The notes below the pieces were generated by a model. The model made no database searches, was not told the DNA's origin, and saw only the letters and a program-made list of their open reading frames with translations. A DNA stretch of 64,000 nt from Enterobacter phage EC152: sequence record PP681140.1. One strand, given 5' to 3'. The position numbers and the translations under genes are program-made. Positions within the stretch are counted from its first letter, which is position 1, and the number at the start of each line of letters is the position of its first letter. Below are positions 23,903 to 33,397 of the stretch, in pieces.

Positions 23903-26293
23903 ATGGCGAACATTATCGTAACCCAGACAGTCAACAAAGTCACATGGGACGTGGACAAGACCTCTTTTGGTCGTGCCATGAAAGCTGTGAAGTCTTTGAA
24001 GACAGAATGGGAAAAAGCTGGTAAAGCATTCTCTGCCAGCAAGTCAGACCCCGCAGCAGCACTAAAGCGTTCAGCAATGCAAGCTCGCCTTGTCAACAAA
24101 AGACTGCAACAGACTGAACGTGCTGAACAAGCAAAGACTACGGCCCACAACATCGCTATGGCGAAGAAAGAGGCTCGTGCTCGTGAAGCAATTGACAAGA
24201 TCCAGAGAGCACGTAGAAAGCAAGCTGTGTCTCAACTTACCGCAAGACGTTCACCAGAGTCTCAAGCTGATTATAATGGACTAAAATCCCGTCTGCGTGA
24301 AATGGAAAAAACGGGTGGCGGTTACGGGACTAACCCTGCAATTTCTGCTGCACGTCAAGCAGCCCTGCAAGAAGAACTGGCGCGTCGTTCCAAGTCTGGA
24401 AATGCTTCAGGAATGGTTGGTAATTCAACGATGTCAGATCCTTCTGTAATTGCTCGTCAGAACAGAGCGATGCAGCAGAGCGTACAACGTGAGCAAGCCA
24501 AGGCCTCTAAAGAGCAGATCCGTGCTCGTGAACAAGCCCGTAAGAAACAAGAAGCGGAAGACCTTCGTTATTCTCGTTATCTGGCTGGGAAAGAATCCAC
24601 TGTAGCTAACGCTGCTGTACGTCTTCGTGCTAAGTACGGCGATAACTACGCAAGCAAGCTGAAGGGGTACGATTCCATGAAGGAACGTTTCCTTGACAGT
24701 AACACCATGAAGTCTTCTAACTTCCGTGCTGAACTGGCTGCTATGGAAACCGGGCTTCGCAAAGCAAACATGAACACCCTATCCCTGACAGATGGGCTGA
24801 AGAACCTGCGTAGCACACTGATCAGCGTAACCGCTGCTTACGGAGCATTCAATGCTGCGGCGAGTGTTGTGAAAACAGGTCAGTTCTTCCAGGGTATGGA
24901 AGCTACAATGCTGATGGTCTCCGATGACTCCGCAGAGGCAGGTAAGCGTCTGAAATTTGTTCGTGATCAATCCTACCGTTTAGGTCTTGACCTCAAGGTA
25001 GCTGCACAGGGTTACACCCAAATGGCTATCGCTGCTAACGGTGTACTGACTAAATCACAGAACGATGAACTTTTCAAGGCATTTTCTGAATACTCCACAG
25101 CCCTTCAGGTTGACCCGGTTAAATACCAACGTGGTATCACGGCGATCCAACAGATGATGGGTAAAGGTCAGATCATGGCTGAAGAACTGAAGCAACAGCT
25201 TGCCGAAGGTATCCCTGGTTCTTTACAGGTGTTCATTAAGGCATCTCAGGAAGCTTTCAATGACTCAACCATCGACGTTACCAAGATGCTGGACATGATG
25301 CAGAAAGGTGAACTGAAAGCTGCTAAAGTCCTTCCTTTTGTAGCTAAGTATTACTCTGAAGCCGCAAACAAGGGTGGTGCTCTTCAGAAAGCCCTGCAAG
25401 GTAACCGTGTTGCAATGCAGCGTCTGACATTAACATGGATGGACTTCCAGAACAAGATCTTCCAGAGCGGGTTTGGGGAATCTCTGACAAGTGCGTTTAA
25501 CGAACTTGCAAAAATCCTTGACTCAAACGGGCCTCTGGCTCAGAATCTGGGACAATTCTTTGCTGGATTCACCGATGGTTTCATGGAGATGGTGTACACT
25601 GTATACAACACATTCGTCCTGATCCAGGGTATCATGGAGCGCTACATCCCGATCTTCCGCAAGAACGGTGAAGAGCTTTCCTCTGCTTGGAAATGGGTTG
25701 GTTGGGGAGTTGGTGCTCTATTCTTCGCTTCAGCACTTATCCGAGTATTTAACATCCTTGCCAAAATCGCAGGTCTCTCTGGGGCATTAAGTTTCCTGAA
25801 GACTATCTTTGGAGGCCCTGATGATGAAGGTGGCGGTGGAGATGGCAAGAACAAGAAGGGGAAAGGCCCCCGTTTCAGTAAGCTTGGTAAGGCCGCTCGT
25901 TGGTTAGGTCTCTACGGACTTATTGCCGGGGAAAGTATGATTGCTGGAGACTATGTGTTTGACAAAGCACAGGACTACAGTGACTCTACTTACGGAACTG
26001 AAACGACAGCAGGAGGCAACCTGAAGAAAAACTCCTGGATGGGCCAAACTTGGGACTTCATCACCGGACAGAGATCAATGACTGACCAGCGCAGACTTGA
26101 TTATCTGAACCAGAATGGTATGGTTCCTGGACCAGCAGGGGCAGCAACTCCTCCGATGGTCATTCCGACTGAACCTGTTAGCGGTGAGATTACGATCAAA
26201 ATCGACGCAGGCGAAATGAAGAACATGATTGACCAGCAGATTGAAGCTGCAAACATGGGTAACATCAACCTAATCCTTGGTGTTCCTCAATAA
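23903..26293 (+). CDS. tail tape measure protein (796 aa)
   Basis: Long helical protein; N-terminal Ala/Arg/Gln coiled coil, central hydrophobic/Gly-rich stretch, position after the chaperones. Confidence 0.8.
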   Translation: MANIIVTQTVNKVTWDVDKTSFGRAMKAVKSLKTEWEKAGKAFSASKSDPAAALKRSAMQARLVNKRLQQTERAEQAKTTAHNIAMAKKEARAREAIDKIQRARRKQAVSQLTARRSPESQADYNGLKSRLREMEKTGGGYGTNPAISAARQAALQEELARRSKSGNASGMVGNSTMSDPSVIARQNRAMQQSVQREQAKASKEQIRAREQARKKQEAEDLRYSRYLAGKESTVANAAVRLRAKYGDNYASKLKGYDSMKERFLDSNTMKSSNFRAELAAMETGLRKANMNTLSLTDGLKNLRSTLISVTAAYGAFNAAASVVKTGQFFQGMEATMLMVSDDSAEAGKRLKFVRDQSYRLGLDLKVAAQGYTQMAIAANGVLTKSQNDELFKAFSEYSTALQVDPVKYQRGITAIQQMMGKGQIMAEELKQQLAEGIPGSLQVFIKASQEAFNDSTIDVTKMLDMMQKGELKAAKVLPFVAKYYSEAANKGGALQKALQGNRVAMQRLTLTWMDFQNKIFQSGFGESLTSAFNELAKILDSNGPLAQNLGQFFAGFTDGFMEMVYTVYNTFVLIQGIMERYIPIFRKNGEELSSAWKWVGWGVGALFFASALIRVFNILAKIAGLSGALSFLKTIFGGPDDEGGGGDGKNKKGKGPRFSKLGKAARWLGLYGLIAGESMIAGDYVFDKAQDYSDSTYGTETTAGGNLKKNSWMGQTWDFITGQRSMTDQRRLDYLNQNGMVPGPAGAATPPMVIPTEPVSGEITIKIDAGEMKNMIDQQIEAANMGNINLILGVPQ

Positions 26294-26296
26294 TTT

Positions 26297-26319
26297 AAAG
26301 GGGCTTCGGCCCCTTTTTT
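26297..26319 (+). terminator. rho-independent terminator (GGGGC-TTCG-GCCCC then T6)
   Basis: Canonical member of the UUCG hairpin family with a U tract after the tape measure gene. Confidence 0.8.
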
Positions 26320-26335
26320 ATTGTTTTATCTCAAG

Positions 26336-26364
26336 ATTTATGATAAAATCGTAACATGTATAAT
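26336..26364 (+). promoter_or_regulatory. extended -10 promoter (TG-n-TATAAT at 26356-26364, weak -35)
   Basis: Perfect TATAAT at 26359-26364 preceded by TG; about 10 nt upstream of the RBS GGGAGG for ATG 26375. Confidence 0.45.
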
Positions 26365-26374
26365 GGGAGGACTC

Positions 26375-27247
26375 ATGGCATTTGTATCCAACAACCAGTC
26401 CAAACCGCAACAGGGCAAGGCCACGGCTAACGTCGAGAAAAAGGTCAGTACAGCCCAGGAAGCCAGCGGTGAGGTGCAATATACGCTCTTCGCCAGTGGT
26501 CTTAACTACGGCGGTAGAAACGTAGAACTAAAGGACAAAAACTACACCAACGACCTCGCGATCATTTTCGACGTTGTTGAACAACACTCTTACACACGCA
26601 CAGTTGATAAGACATCGTATGCTGTTGAAGAAAAGGTAAAATTCAGTGACCACGGTGTTATTGAGGATGGTAAATTCTCTTTCAGTGCCAGAGTCAACTC
26701 ATCCCCTGTTTACCTGATCGAAAACAACTACCTCGACAAAGACACTGACGATCAAAACCCGGTTGCATCTCGTCGTCCAGAGAAGGCTCTGGAGATCCTT
26801 GAGAGGCTGATCACTGACCGCCAGATTGTCACCCTTGTCACCGAAGATAAGATCATTGAGAACTATATCCTTACCTCGATGGAAGCCGCTCGTAGCAACT
26901 CTGATGGTGCTGCTCTGGTGTTCCAGCTTGAATTTACGGAGTTCCGTACATTCACCCTTGGTAAGACAGCCCTTGCAACAGTGTACTCCGACCCTAAAAA
27001 GTCAGGTGGTAAGACCAAGCAGAAGGGTTCTCAACAATCTTCAGCAACAGACAACGAAGTTGAAGTAACAGCCCGACGCACTAAATTTGCAGGCCCAAAC
27101 AAAGATGGCTGGCAAAGGATTGCTGAAGCTATGGACTCAGGCAACTTCACCAAGCAAGACCAGGTTATCGGCACACTTACCCCAGATGGTAAAATTCGTG
27201 GTGCTGACGGGTCTATCATGGACTACAACAAAGCAGTGGGGAAATAA
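26375..27247 (+). CDS. tail/baseplate protein (290 aa)
   Basis: ATG 26375 (MAFVSNNQ...) with GGGAGG RBS, in frame with track ORF 26321..27247; first gene after the tape measure. Confidence 0.5.
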   Translation: MAFVSNNQSKPQQGKATANVEKKVSTAQEASGEVQYTLFASGLNYGGRNVELKDKNYTNDLAIIFDVVEQHSYTRTVDKTSYAVEEKVKFSDHGVIEDGKFSFSARVNSSPVYLIENNYLDKDTDDQNPVASRRPEKALEILERLITDRQIVTLVTEDKIIENYILTSMEAARSNSDGAALVFQLEFTEFRTFTLGKTALATVYSDPKKSGGKTKQKGSQQSSATDNEVEVTARRTKFAGPNKDGWQRIAEAMDSGNFTKQDQVIGTLTPDGKIRGADGSIMDYNKAVGK

Positions 27248-27597
27248 TGTCAGCTATTACTTTCTCATGGGACATTGACGGGTTCGCTGACCAGACCATG
27301 CGTGTGGTTCTGGACAGTCAGACCTATGAAATGCGCTTCCAATGGAACGAGCGAGATGAGTCTTGGCTAGTTTCCTTTGGTGATGTTGGTCAAACGCCAA
27401 CAATCTCTTTTAAACTTACAACAATTTTCGACATCTTTGCCCCTTTCAAATATCTGGAGAATATCCCGTCCGGGCAACTGCGTGTCTTTTCTTTTACACA
27501 GTCAACCAAACGCGTTGGTAGATACAATATCGGATTCCTGTCTGACTTGCAACTCCTTTATTCATCTCCTGACGAAGAGTTAACTGGCGAGGAGTAA
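27247..27597 (+). CDS. small baseplate-associated protein (116 aa)
   Basis: Coupled ATGA start; position. Confidence 0.45.
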   Translation: MSAITFSWDIDGFADQTMRVVLDSQTYEMRFQWNERDESWLVSFGDVGQTPTISFKLTTIFDIFAPFKYLENIPSGQLRVFSFTQSTKRVGRYNIGFLSDLQLLYSSPDEELTGEE

Positions 27598-27599
27598 TC

Positions 27600-28589
27600 A
27601 TGCCTTCTTACAGAACACGAACATTCAAACTCACAATCGGCAAGCCCGTGTATATCGGGCAAAAGCCGACTAACATCTCTGACTACACCAACCAAAACAC
27701 GAAAGATGCGTATGTCGTCAGTAATGAAACTGGCGCTGCAAACATCGAGTTTGAGGTGAAGAAAGATAACTCAAAAGACCCTAACAAGGGGTATGTTACC
27801 CTTTACAACCTGTCTGATGAAACAGTAAGTTATCTCGATGCTAACCAGCGTGAGTCAATTGCTATTGTTCTGGAGGCAGGTTTCGATGGGGAAAACCAGA
27901 CAATCTTTTCCGGAACAGTTGAATTTGTTCAGGATAAATGGGATGGACATACTCGTCAGACGAAGATGATCCTTGGTGATGCAACAACTAACATCATGAC
28001 GGCTAAGACTGCGAGATCTTACAAGAAAGGTACACCTATGGACACGGTGCTTAACGATCTTGTTTCCGACTTGAAACTCCCTATTGGTAAGGTGGTTAAG
28101 TTCGGTAATCAAACTCTCCAGCAGTCGATGGCCTTTACCGGAAACGCTGCAAACAACCTTGAACGCCTAGCAAAGAACACGGGTTCTACTTTTAGTGTTC
28201 AAGATGGTGCTGTGTATTGGACCACACAGGGTAAGCGTTTCCGTAATGCTGTTTTTGAAATCAGTGCGGAATCCGGGATGCACGACTCACCAACCCCACA
28301 AAACCCGGAACCAGCAAAACGCCGCCTTGAGAAAAAGAAGAAGTCTAAGAGCAAGCCAAAGACCAGCAAGGGTCCTAGCCGTGCTGAGATCAAGGAAGAC
28401 GCTGGGCTTGTTGTAGTAACAGAACTGAACGGTGCGATCATTCCTGAAAGCACGATTTATTTAAAAAGCCAGAAGTACACAGGCTTCTACAAGGTAGTTT
28501 ATCTCACCCATAAAGGTCAGCTTGAAGGTGGCGATTGGGTGTCTGAAATAGGCCTTGCTGAAACCCGTGGTGGTATTGTGGAGGAATAA
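27600..28589 (+). CDS. baseplate hub/tail protein (329 aa) with a Lys-rich stretch
   Basis: Position in the baseplate cluster; KKKKSKSKPKTSKG low-complexity patch. Confidence 0.4.
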   Translation: MPSYRTRTFKLTIGKPVYIGQKPTNISDYTNQNTKDAYVVSNETGAANIEFEVKKDNSKDPNKGYVTLYNLSDETVSYLDANQRESIAIVLEAGFDGENQTIFSGTVEFVQDKWDGHTRQTKMILGDATTNIMTAKTARSYKKGTPMDTVLNDLVSDLKLPIGKVVKFGNQTLQQSMAFTGNAANNLERLAKNTGSTFSVQDGAVYWTTQGKRFRNAVFEISAESGMHDSPTPQNPEPAKRRLEKKKKSKSKPKTSKGPSRAEIKEDAGLVVVTELNGAIIPESTIYLKSQKYTGFYKVVYLTHKGQLEGGDWVSEIGLAETRGGIVEE

Positions 28590-29290
28590 TGGCTTCAATT
28601 CAACGTATGGATGCTGCACTAAACCAATGGTTTGCTCGTCAAGCTCGTGATATCCACACAGGCTTGAGGGCCAGGGTTGTGGATGTGGATTATAGTGTAC
28701 CATCAGCAACCGTACAACCACTGGCCTCAACTAACTTCGATGATGGCACCGTAGACGCTTATCCTGCTGTTTTTGATGTTCCCCTGTCCATGCCTTCGGC
28801 TAACGGGGGAAAAGCTCGCCTGACGCTTCCTGTGAAGCCTGGTGACGTTGTAGGGCTATCATTCTCTGAACGCAATGAGGGTGATGCAAACGACACGACA
28901 ACTCACGGACTTTTCCCCGGCTGGTCAATCATTGGCGTACACAGCGATGGTAATGCAATGACCATTCACCCGGACAATGTGGAGTTATGGAACGACACTG
29001 TTCATTTCTCAATGACTCCGGATGGGGACTTTACTTTAACAGGTCCTCAAGGGACTTTCAAGGTAGATAAGTCTGGTCAAATGCAATTCACAAATGGTGC
29101 TGCAACCTTGACAGCAAAGACCGATGGTAATATCGAAATGAATGGTGCAAAGATCACCCCTGACGGGAACTTAATCACCGCCCGTGGCGTTAACATGAAT
29201 GATTTCTATGATTACTTCATGCGACACACCCACCACTACACATGGACGGACGGCTCTGGTCAGAGTGATACTGCCCGACCTAACGCATAA
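28589..29290 (+). CDS. baseplate spike/central puncturing-like protein (233 aa)
   Basis: Position; beta-rich sequence. Confidence 0.35.
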   Translation: MASIQRMDAALNQWFARQARDIHTGLRARVVDVDYSVPSATVQPLASTNFDDGTVDAYPAVFDVPLSMPSANGGKARLTLPVKPGDVVGLSFSERNEGDANDTTTHGLFPGWSIIGVHSDGNAMTIHPDNVELWNDTVHFSMTPDGDFTLTGPQGTFKVDKSGQMQFTNGAATLTAKTDGNIEMNGAKITPDGNLITARGVNMNDFYDYFMRHTHHYTWTDGSGQSDTARPNA

Positions 29291-29299
29291 GGGGAATAA

Positions 29300-29917
29300 A
29301 TGGCAACTCTTTATTCTGACCTTCTAATGGACCCGGTTACTGGAGACCTTGATGTCTCCACGGGTCTTCAGATCATTGAGTCCAACCAGACAAGCCTCCG
29401 TCAAAGACTGTGGCTTCGCTTCAATATCTGGGCTGGAAACTGGTATTTCGATGAGACCTTTGGTTTCCCATACCGAACATATCTGAGCAAGAAGGTAATG
29501 AAAACTGTCCTTGACAACAAGATCAAGGAAGTAACTCGTCTTGAGCCTGACGTGCTTGAGATCACCTCGTTCCACTCTTCAATGGATCGAACCACACGTA
29601 GCTACCAGGCCTTCTTCGAAGTAACAACTAAAGAACAAGAGGTTGTAAGACTTGCTTTCGTGGGTCAGGATGAGTATTATTACCCAATCCCTGATGAAGG
29701 TGCAACGGTTCTGTGTGATGACGATGGTTGGATTACGTGGGCTAACAAGCTTTACTACCTGATCAACTTCCGTCTGCCTCGCACTGGCGATGCTACATGG
29801 TGGAACACCTGGGCTGGTACTGATATTGATAACCCAATTCCAGTCGGTAGCCTGATGGATGACAAGAACAACGTCATCACCACTGAAGATGGCAAGTCCA
29901 TTAACCGTAACCACTAA
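29300..29917 (+). CDS. baseplate wedge protein (205 aa)
   Basis: Position. Confidence 0.35.
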   Translation: MATLYSDLLMDPVTGDLDVSTGLQIIESNQTSLRQRLWLRFNIWAGNWYFDETFGFPYRTYLSKKVMKTVLDNKIKEVTRLEPDVLEITSFHSSMDRTTRSYQAFFEVTTKEQEVVRLAFVGQDEYYYPIPDEGATVLCDDDGWITWANKLYYLINFRLPRTGDATWWNTWAGTDIDNPIPVGSLMDDKNNVITTEDGKSINRNH

Positions 29918-29927
29918 GGGGTAAATA

Positions 29928-30599
29928 ATGGCAGATGTTGCATTTCCAACAGTGAAGGTCTCTGACCTTCCTACTGCCGTCACCGTTTCCGGTGGCGATT
30001 TTGTTGTTACCGATCAGTCAGATACTACCAGAAAAGCCTCCCTGGATACAATTGTTTCCAAAATGAGCTTGACAAGAGTGGTATTCTTTGCTGAAGGTGG
30101 CTACCTTGAGTCTAAGAAGGATCTCGCTTTCTTTGCGACTGACGGTAAGTATTACACATGGAACGGTACTTATCCAAAGACAATTCCAATGGCTTCTTCC
30201 CCGGCAACAACCGGGGGTATTAGCTCTAACGCGTGGCAGGAGTTTGGTGCCAGTGGTGGTAGCTCAACAGGGAAAGTTGTAAATCTTGGCAATGTCCAAG
30301 GGACAGCAACATGCAACCTGACACTTGGAGATACCTTCATTGCTAACCTTACGGCAGGGCAGTGTGTGGTTGGTATCACTAATCCATCCACGGCACAGGG
30401 TGTCTCTCAAGTATTCACCCTTTCCTTGACTCAGGGTACGGGTGCAAACCTTGTATCTTGGCCCAGCAACATCAAGTGGAATTATGGACGACTACCAGTT
30501 CTTTCATATAAAACCGGGGTGCGAGACATCTTCCAGTTCGTCACTTATGACGGGGGAAATACATGGTTCGGCTCCCTCATTATGGCAGGAGTTGAGTAA
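29928..30599 (+). CDS. tail fibre/spike anchor-domain protein (223 aa), N-terminal domain paralogous to 33398..35536
   Basis: MADVAFPTVKVSDLPTAVTVSGGDFVVTDQSDTTRKASLDTIVS... aligns with MADLLPTVKISDLPTATDSFEGDFLVVDQSDATRKSTWSSLFS... over about 110 aa. Confidence 0.55.
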   Translation: MADVAFPTVKVSDLPTAVTVSGGDFVVTDQSDTTRKASLDTIVSKMSLTRVVFFAEGGYLESKKDLAFFATDGKYYTWNGTYPKTIPMASSPATTGGISSNAWQEFGASGGSSTGKVVNLGNVQGTATCNLTLGDTFIANLTAGQCVVGITNPSTAQGVSQVFTLSLTQGTGANLVSWPSNIKWNYGRLPVLSYKTGVRDIFQFVTYDGGNTWFGSLIMAGVE

Positions 30600-33388
30600 T
30601 GGCAAAGTTAAGCCACAACATTGATAATGTGTTTCAGTTGATCGACGGACACATTCAGTTTCTTCAGAGAAACACCGGAGAGACAATCGATCCTACGGTT
30701 CAGCACTACATCCTGAACTTGCAAAATGTTCTGGCTAACAACCGCCACTTCATCAACTGGACGGCGCAGGAAGCCCAGCCAAATGGTGACGCAACAACCG
30801 AGGGTCAGTCAGTGCTGATCCTTGGATGTGCTTATGCGTACCTCGCGTCTAATGACCCGAAATACCTTGAACTTGCAGAGGCCTATTGGCAGGCATATAT
30901 TGACTGGTTCTTTGCTGGTCAGCCAATCCCAGATCCTCCTGCGGTATATCGTCCTAACTGGATCATTAACGGAAAGGAACCCCGTCTTGCTCACTACCCT
31001 CTCACCGACGATGGATACCCGACCCACGGTGGATTCAAGGGCAGCGTGATGTCTTGGACAAACGGAAGAACCCTGATCCCTCATGGTGCTCCTAATTGGG
31101 GAGAATACCTTGACAAGGCCTGGTTTGCTTTTGACGGCAACCTTGGTTGGAACTCTGTCAACGCCACGGTGTACAAAGAAAACCCGGATGGAAGTACCAA
31201 CTGGGATGAGTACGGATCACAGTGGGATGTAGACTGGATTATTGACCGTCTGGGCCGTAAGGTTGACTGGGATGGTAACATTCTCGAAGAAGGTCTTCCC
31301 GAATCTCAGTGGGGGACTGTTCAACTGAAGGATACCACAATCACGGGTAATTACAAGTTCAACTATGCGACATGTAACCCTGTTGAGCATGGTGGATACC
31401 TGATGGGTAGAAACACCATGTGGCACAACCGCCCGGTTAACGTACCTATTGAGATGGGCTTCCAGGATAACGCCTCTGACGCAGAGACTTGGTGGTGTGA
31501 TGCGAACTACGTGATGTACCAGATCACGGGGGAAAGAAAATACTGGCTTTGCTGGCAGTCTTCACTGATCGTCTGTGATAACTATTCCGACATTGACCGT
31601 TTCGATAAGTTCTTCCGCAAGTCAACATTCGCGACAATCCCATTCACCGATGGGATCAGCTATGACTACTCATACCCGTCAACGGCAGTTCCTCAGTATT
31701 CTCGCGATTCTGATGGGTATATTGGTATTCGTCAAACTGTAGCAGCGCAAACTACCCTTGAGCAACAGGCTATTTGGTTCCGTGTTGACGGCACTTCAAA
31801 GCTCCGTGTTCAGTTCTCAGGGAAAGATGATGCTGGCAATGGTCTGTTATTCAGACCAGAGCTTGATCTTAATAAAACAAAATCTGAAACCGGAAGGGTG
31901 ACCTACCGTTGTGGTCTCCCACGCGGTACAGACTCTATCGTTTCTATGGACATCCCTCTCTCCAACTTCGTGAGACTAACCCCTCCGGGTGGTGGCAGTT
32001 ACATTGTAGCAGACCCACGTATTGTTGTCGATTGGGGATCTAACACGGTTATTGACTTCCAGTACCAGACAGGCATTCTTGGGAGAATCAATGACCAGGC
32101 CTGTACGCTTGTGACTGATGCAGACGGTGGATGCACTATTGGTTTCTGGTTGACAGATACCGAGACCGCTGATCTCTCAGCGTTCACATATCGTTCTTAT
32201 GCAGATAATTTTAACATCACAATCACAGATGACAATCTGTGGAGGTGGTGGGCTATGGTTCCTGCGACCAACGGGGATTGGACAACGCTTCAGTTGTCTC
32301 CGTCTAACTTTGTACTTAGCAGTTACCAACCAGACCACCCGGAAACAGATCCTAAACCAAACCAGATCAGTCTTCACAACCTGAAGCAGATCAACTTGGC
32401 ACCGGATACAGACCCGGTTGATGGTGTTAGCGCGAAGATCGATTGGTATTGTATCAACGCAGTTCCTGAGTTATACACCTCCACAGGTGGTGACGACTAC
32501 ACGATGTATTTCCGTATCACCGTGTCCGGGGACAACGCATACAATGCTAAACTGGGCGACTGTACGATCATCGACTACAAGCTTAACAGCCTGTATTACA
32601 CTCCGGGGTTGATTCCATTCTCCAACATTAGTGACCCTAACACGGCGCTTTATGATGGGTGGCGTGGTCTTCCATACCCAGGGTATCAGTACCCAACCCT
32701 GTACTGCTTCAAGGGCCAGAGTATCGACTGGACAAGATTGAATAGTACGATTGACTTCCTGTACGACTCACAGATGTGGTTTTATAACACATTCCACCCC
32801 GTCATGCCAGGACCTATGGCACAGGCATTTGTATGGGACCGTTGGGATGCCCGTAAATATGGTCAACCAAACACCTTCACCATGAAACACTGGAACGAGA
32901 AGGCGTGGGACGGTTATGAGGCGCGTGCATTCTTTTGTGTGTGTCGTTGCATCTATGAACTCTCTCAGCGTGGTGAAGCCATTCCTAGCAAGCTATTTAC
33001 TGTTGCGAAGAACTGGGTTGATTATCTGAAGTGGTTCCAAGACAACAATGAGGGCCGTACTCCTACAATCTTTAACCCTGATGGCACTGTTCTGGCACCA
33101 GAGGATGACTTTACAAGCCACATGTCGGCGTTATTCATGGGAGGTTGTTCAATTCTGGGAATGGCAGGTATGCGTGATCGCATTCCTAATATCGACATGG
33201 TGGCAGAGCGTTGTTTCAGCCTAATCCAGGAGAACTACATCATTCTTACTGCCAATCACCCGATGAATGGTAGCTGGTCTGTTGCTCCTCGTGCAGATAC
33301 TGATAACGGGATGTTCTTTGGCTTCCACGCCGGGGAACTGTTACGAGGATTTGGGCTGTATGCTATGTACAGAAACCTTACAAGATAA
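30599..33388 (+). CDS. large tail-associated protein (929 aa), possible glycan-degrading (alpha/alpha)-barrel-like enzyme
   Basis: Coupled to the anchor-domain protein; Trp/Tyr/Asp/Asn-rich sequence (CAYAYLASNDPKYLELAEAYWQAYIDWF...) reminiscent of six-hairpin glycosidases; assignment tentative. Confidence 0.3.
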   Translation: MAKLSHNIDNVFQLIDGHIQFLQRNTGETIDPTVQHYILNLQNVLANNRHFINWTAQEAQPNGDATTEGQSVLILGCAYAYLASNDPKYLELAEAYWQAYIDWFFAGQPIPDPPAVYRPNWIINGKEPRLAHYPLTDDGYPTHGGFKGSVMSWTNGRTLIPHGAPNWGEYLDKAWFAFDGNLGWNSVNATVYKENPDGSTNWDEYGSQWDVDWIIDRLGRKVDWDGNILEEGLPESQWGTVQLKDTTITGNYKFNYATCNPVEHGGYLMGRNTMWHNRPVNVPIEMGFQDNASDAETWWCDANYVMYQITGERKYWLCWQSSLIVCDNYSDIDRFDKFFRKSTFATIPFTDGISYDYSYPSTAVPQYSRDSDGYIGIRQTVAAQTTLEQQAIWFRVDGTSKLRVQFSGKDDAGNGLLFRPELDLNKTKSETGRVTYRCGLPRGTDSIVSMDIPLSNFVRLTPPGGGSYIVADPRIVVDWGSNTVIDFQYQTGILGRINDQACTLVTDADGGCTIGFWLTDTETADLSAFTYRSYADNFNITITDDNLWRWWAMVPATNGDWTTLQLSPSNFVLSSYQPDHPETDPKPNQISLHNLKQINLAPDTDPVDGVSAKIDWYCINAVPELYTSTGGDDYTMYFRITVSGDNAYNAKLGDCTIIDYKLNSLYYTPGLIPFSNISDPNTALYDGWRGLPYPGYQYPTLYCFKGQSIDWTRLNSTIDFLYDSQMWFYNTFHPVMPGPMAQAFVWDRWDARKYGQPNTFTMKHWNEKAWDGYEARAFFCVCRCIYELSQRGEAIPSKLFTVAKNWVDYLKWFQDNNEGRTPTIFNPDGTVLAPEDDFTSHMSALFMGGCSILGMAGMRDRIPNIDMVAERCFSLIQENYIILTANHPMNGSWSVAPRADTDNGMFFGFHAGELLRGFGLYAMYRNLTR

Positions 33389-33397
33389 GAGGAATTA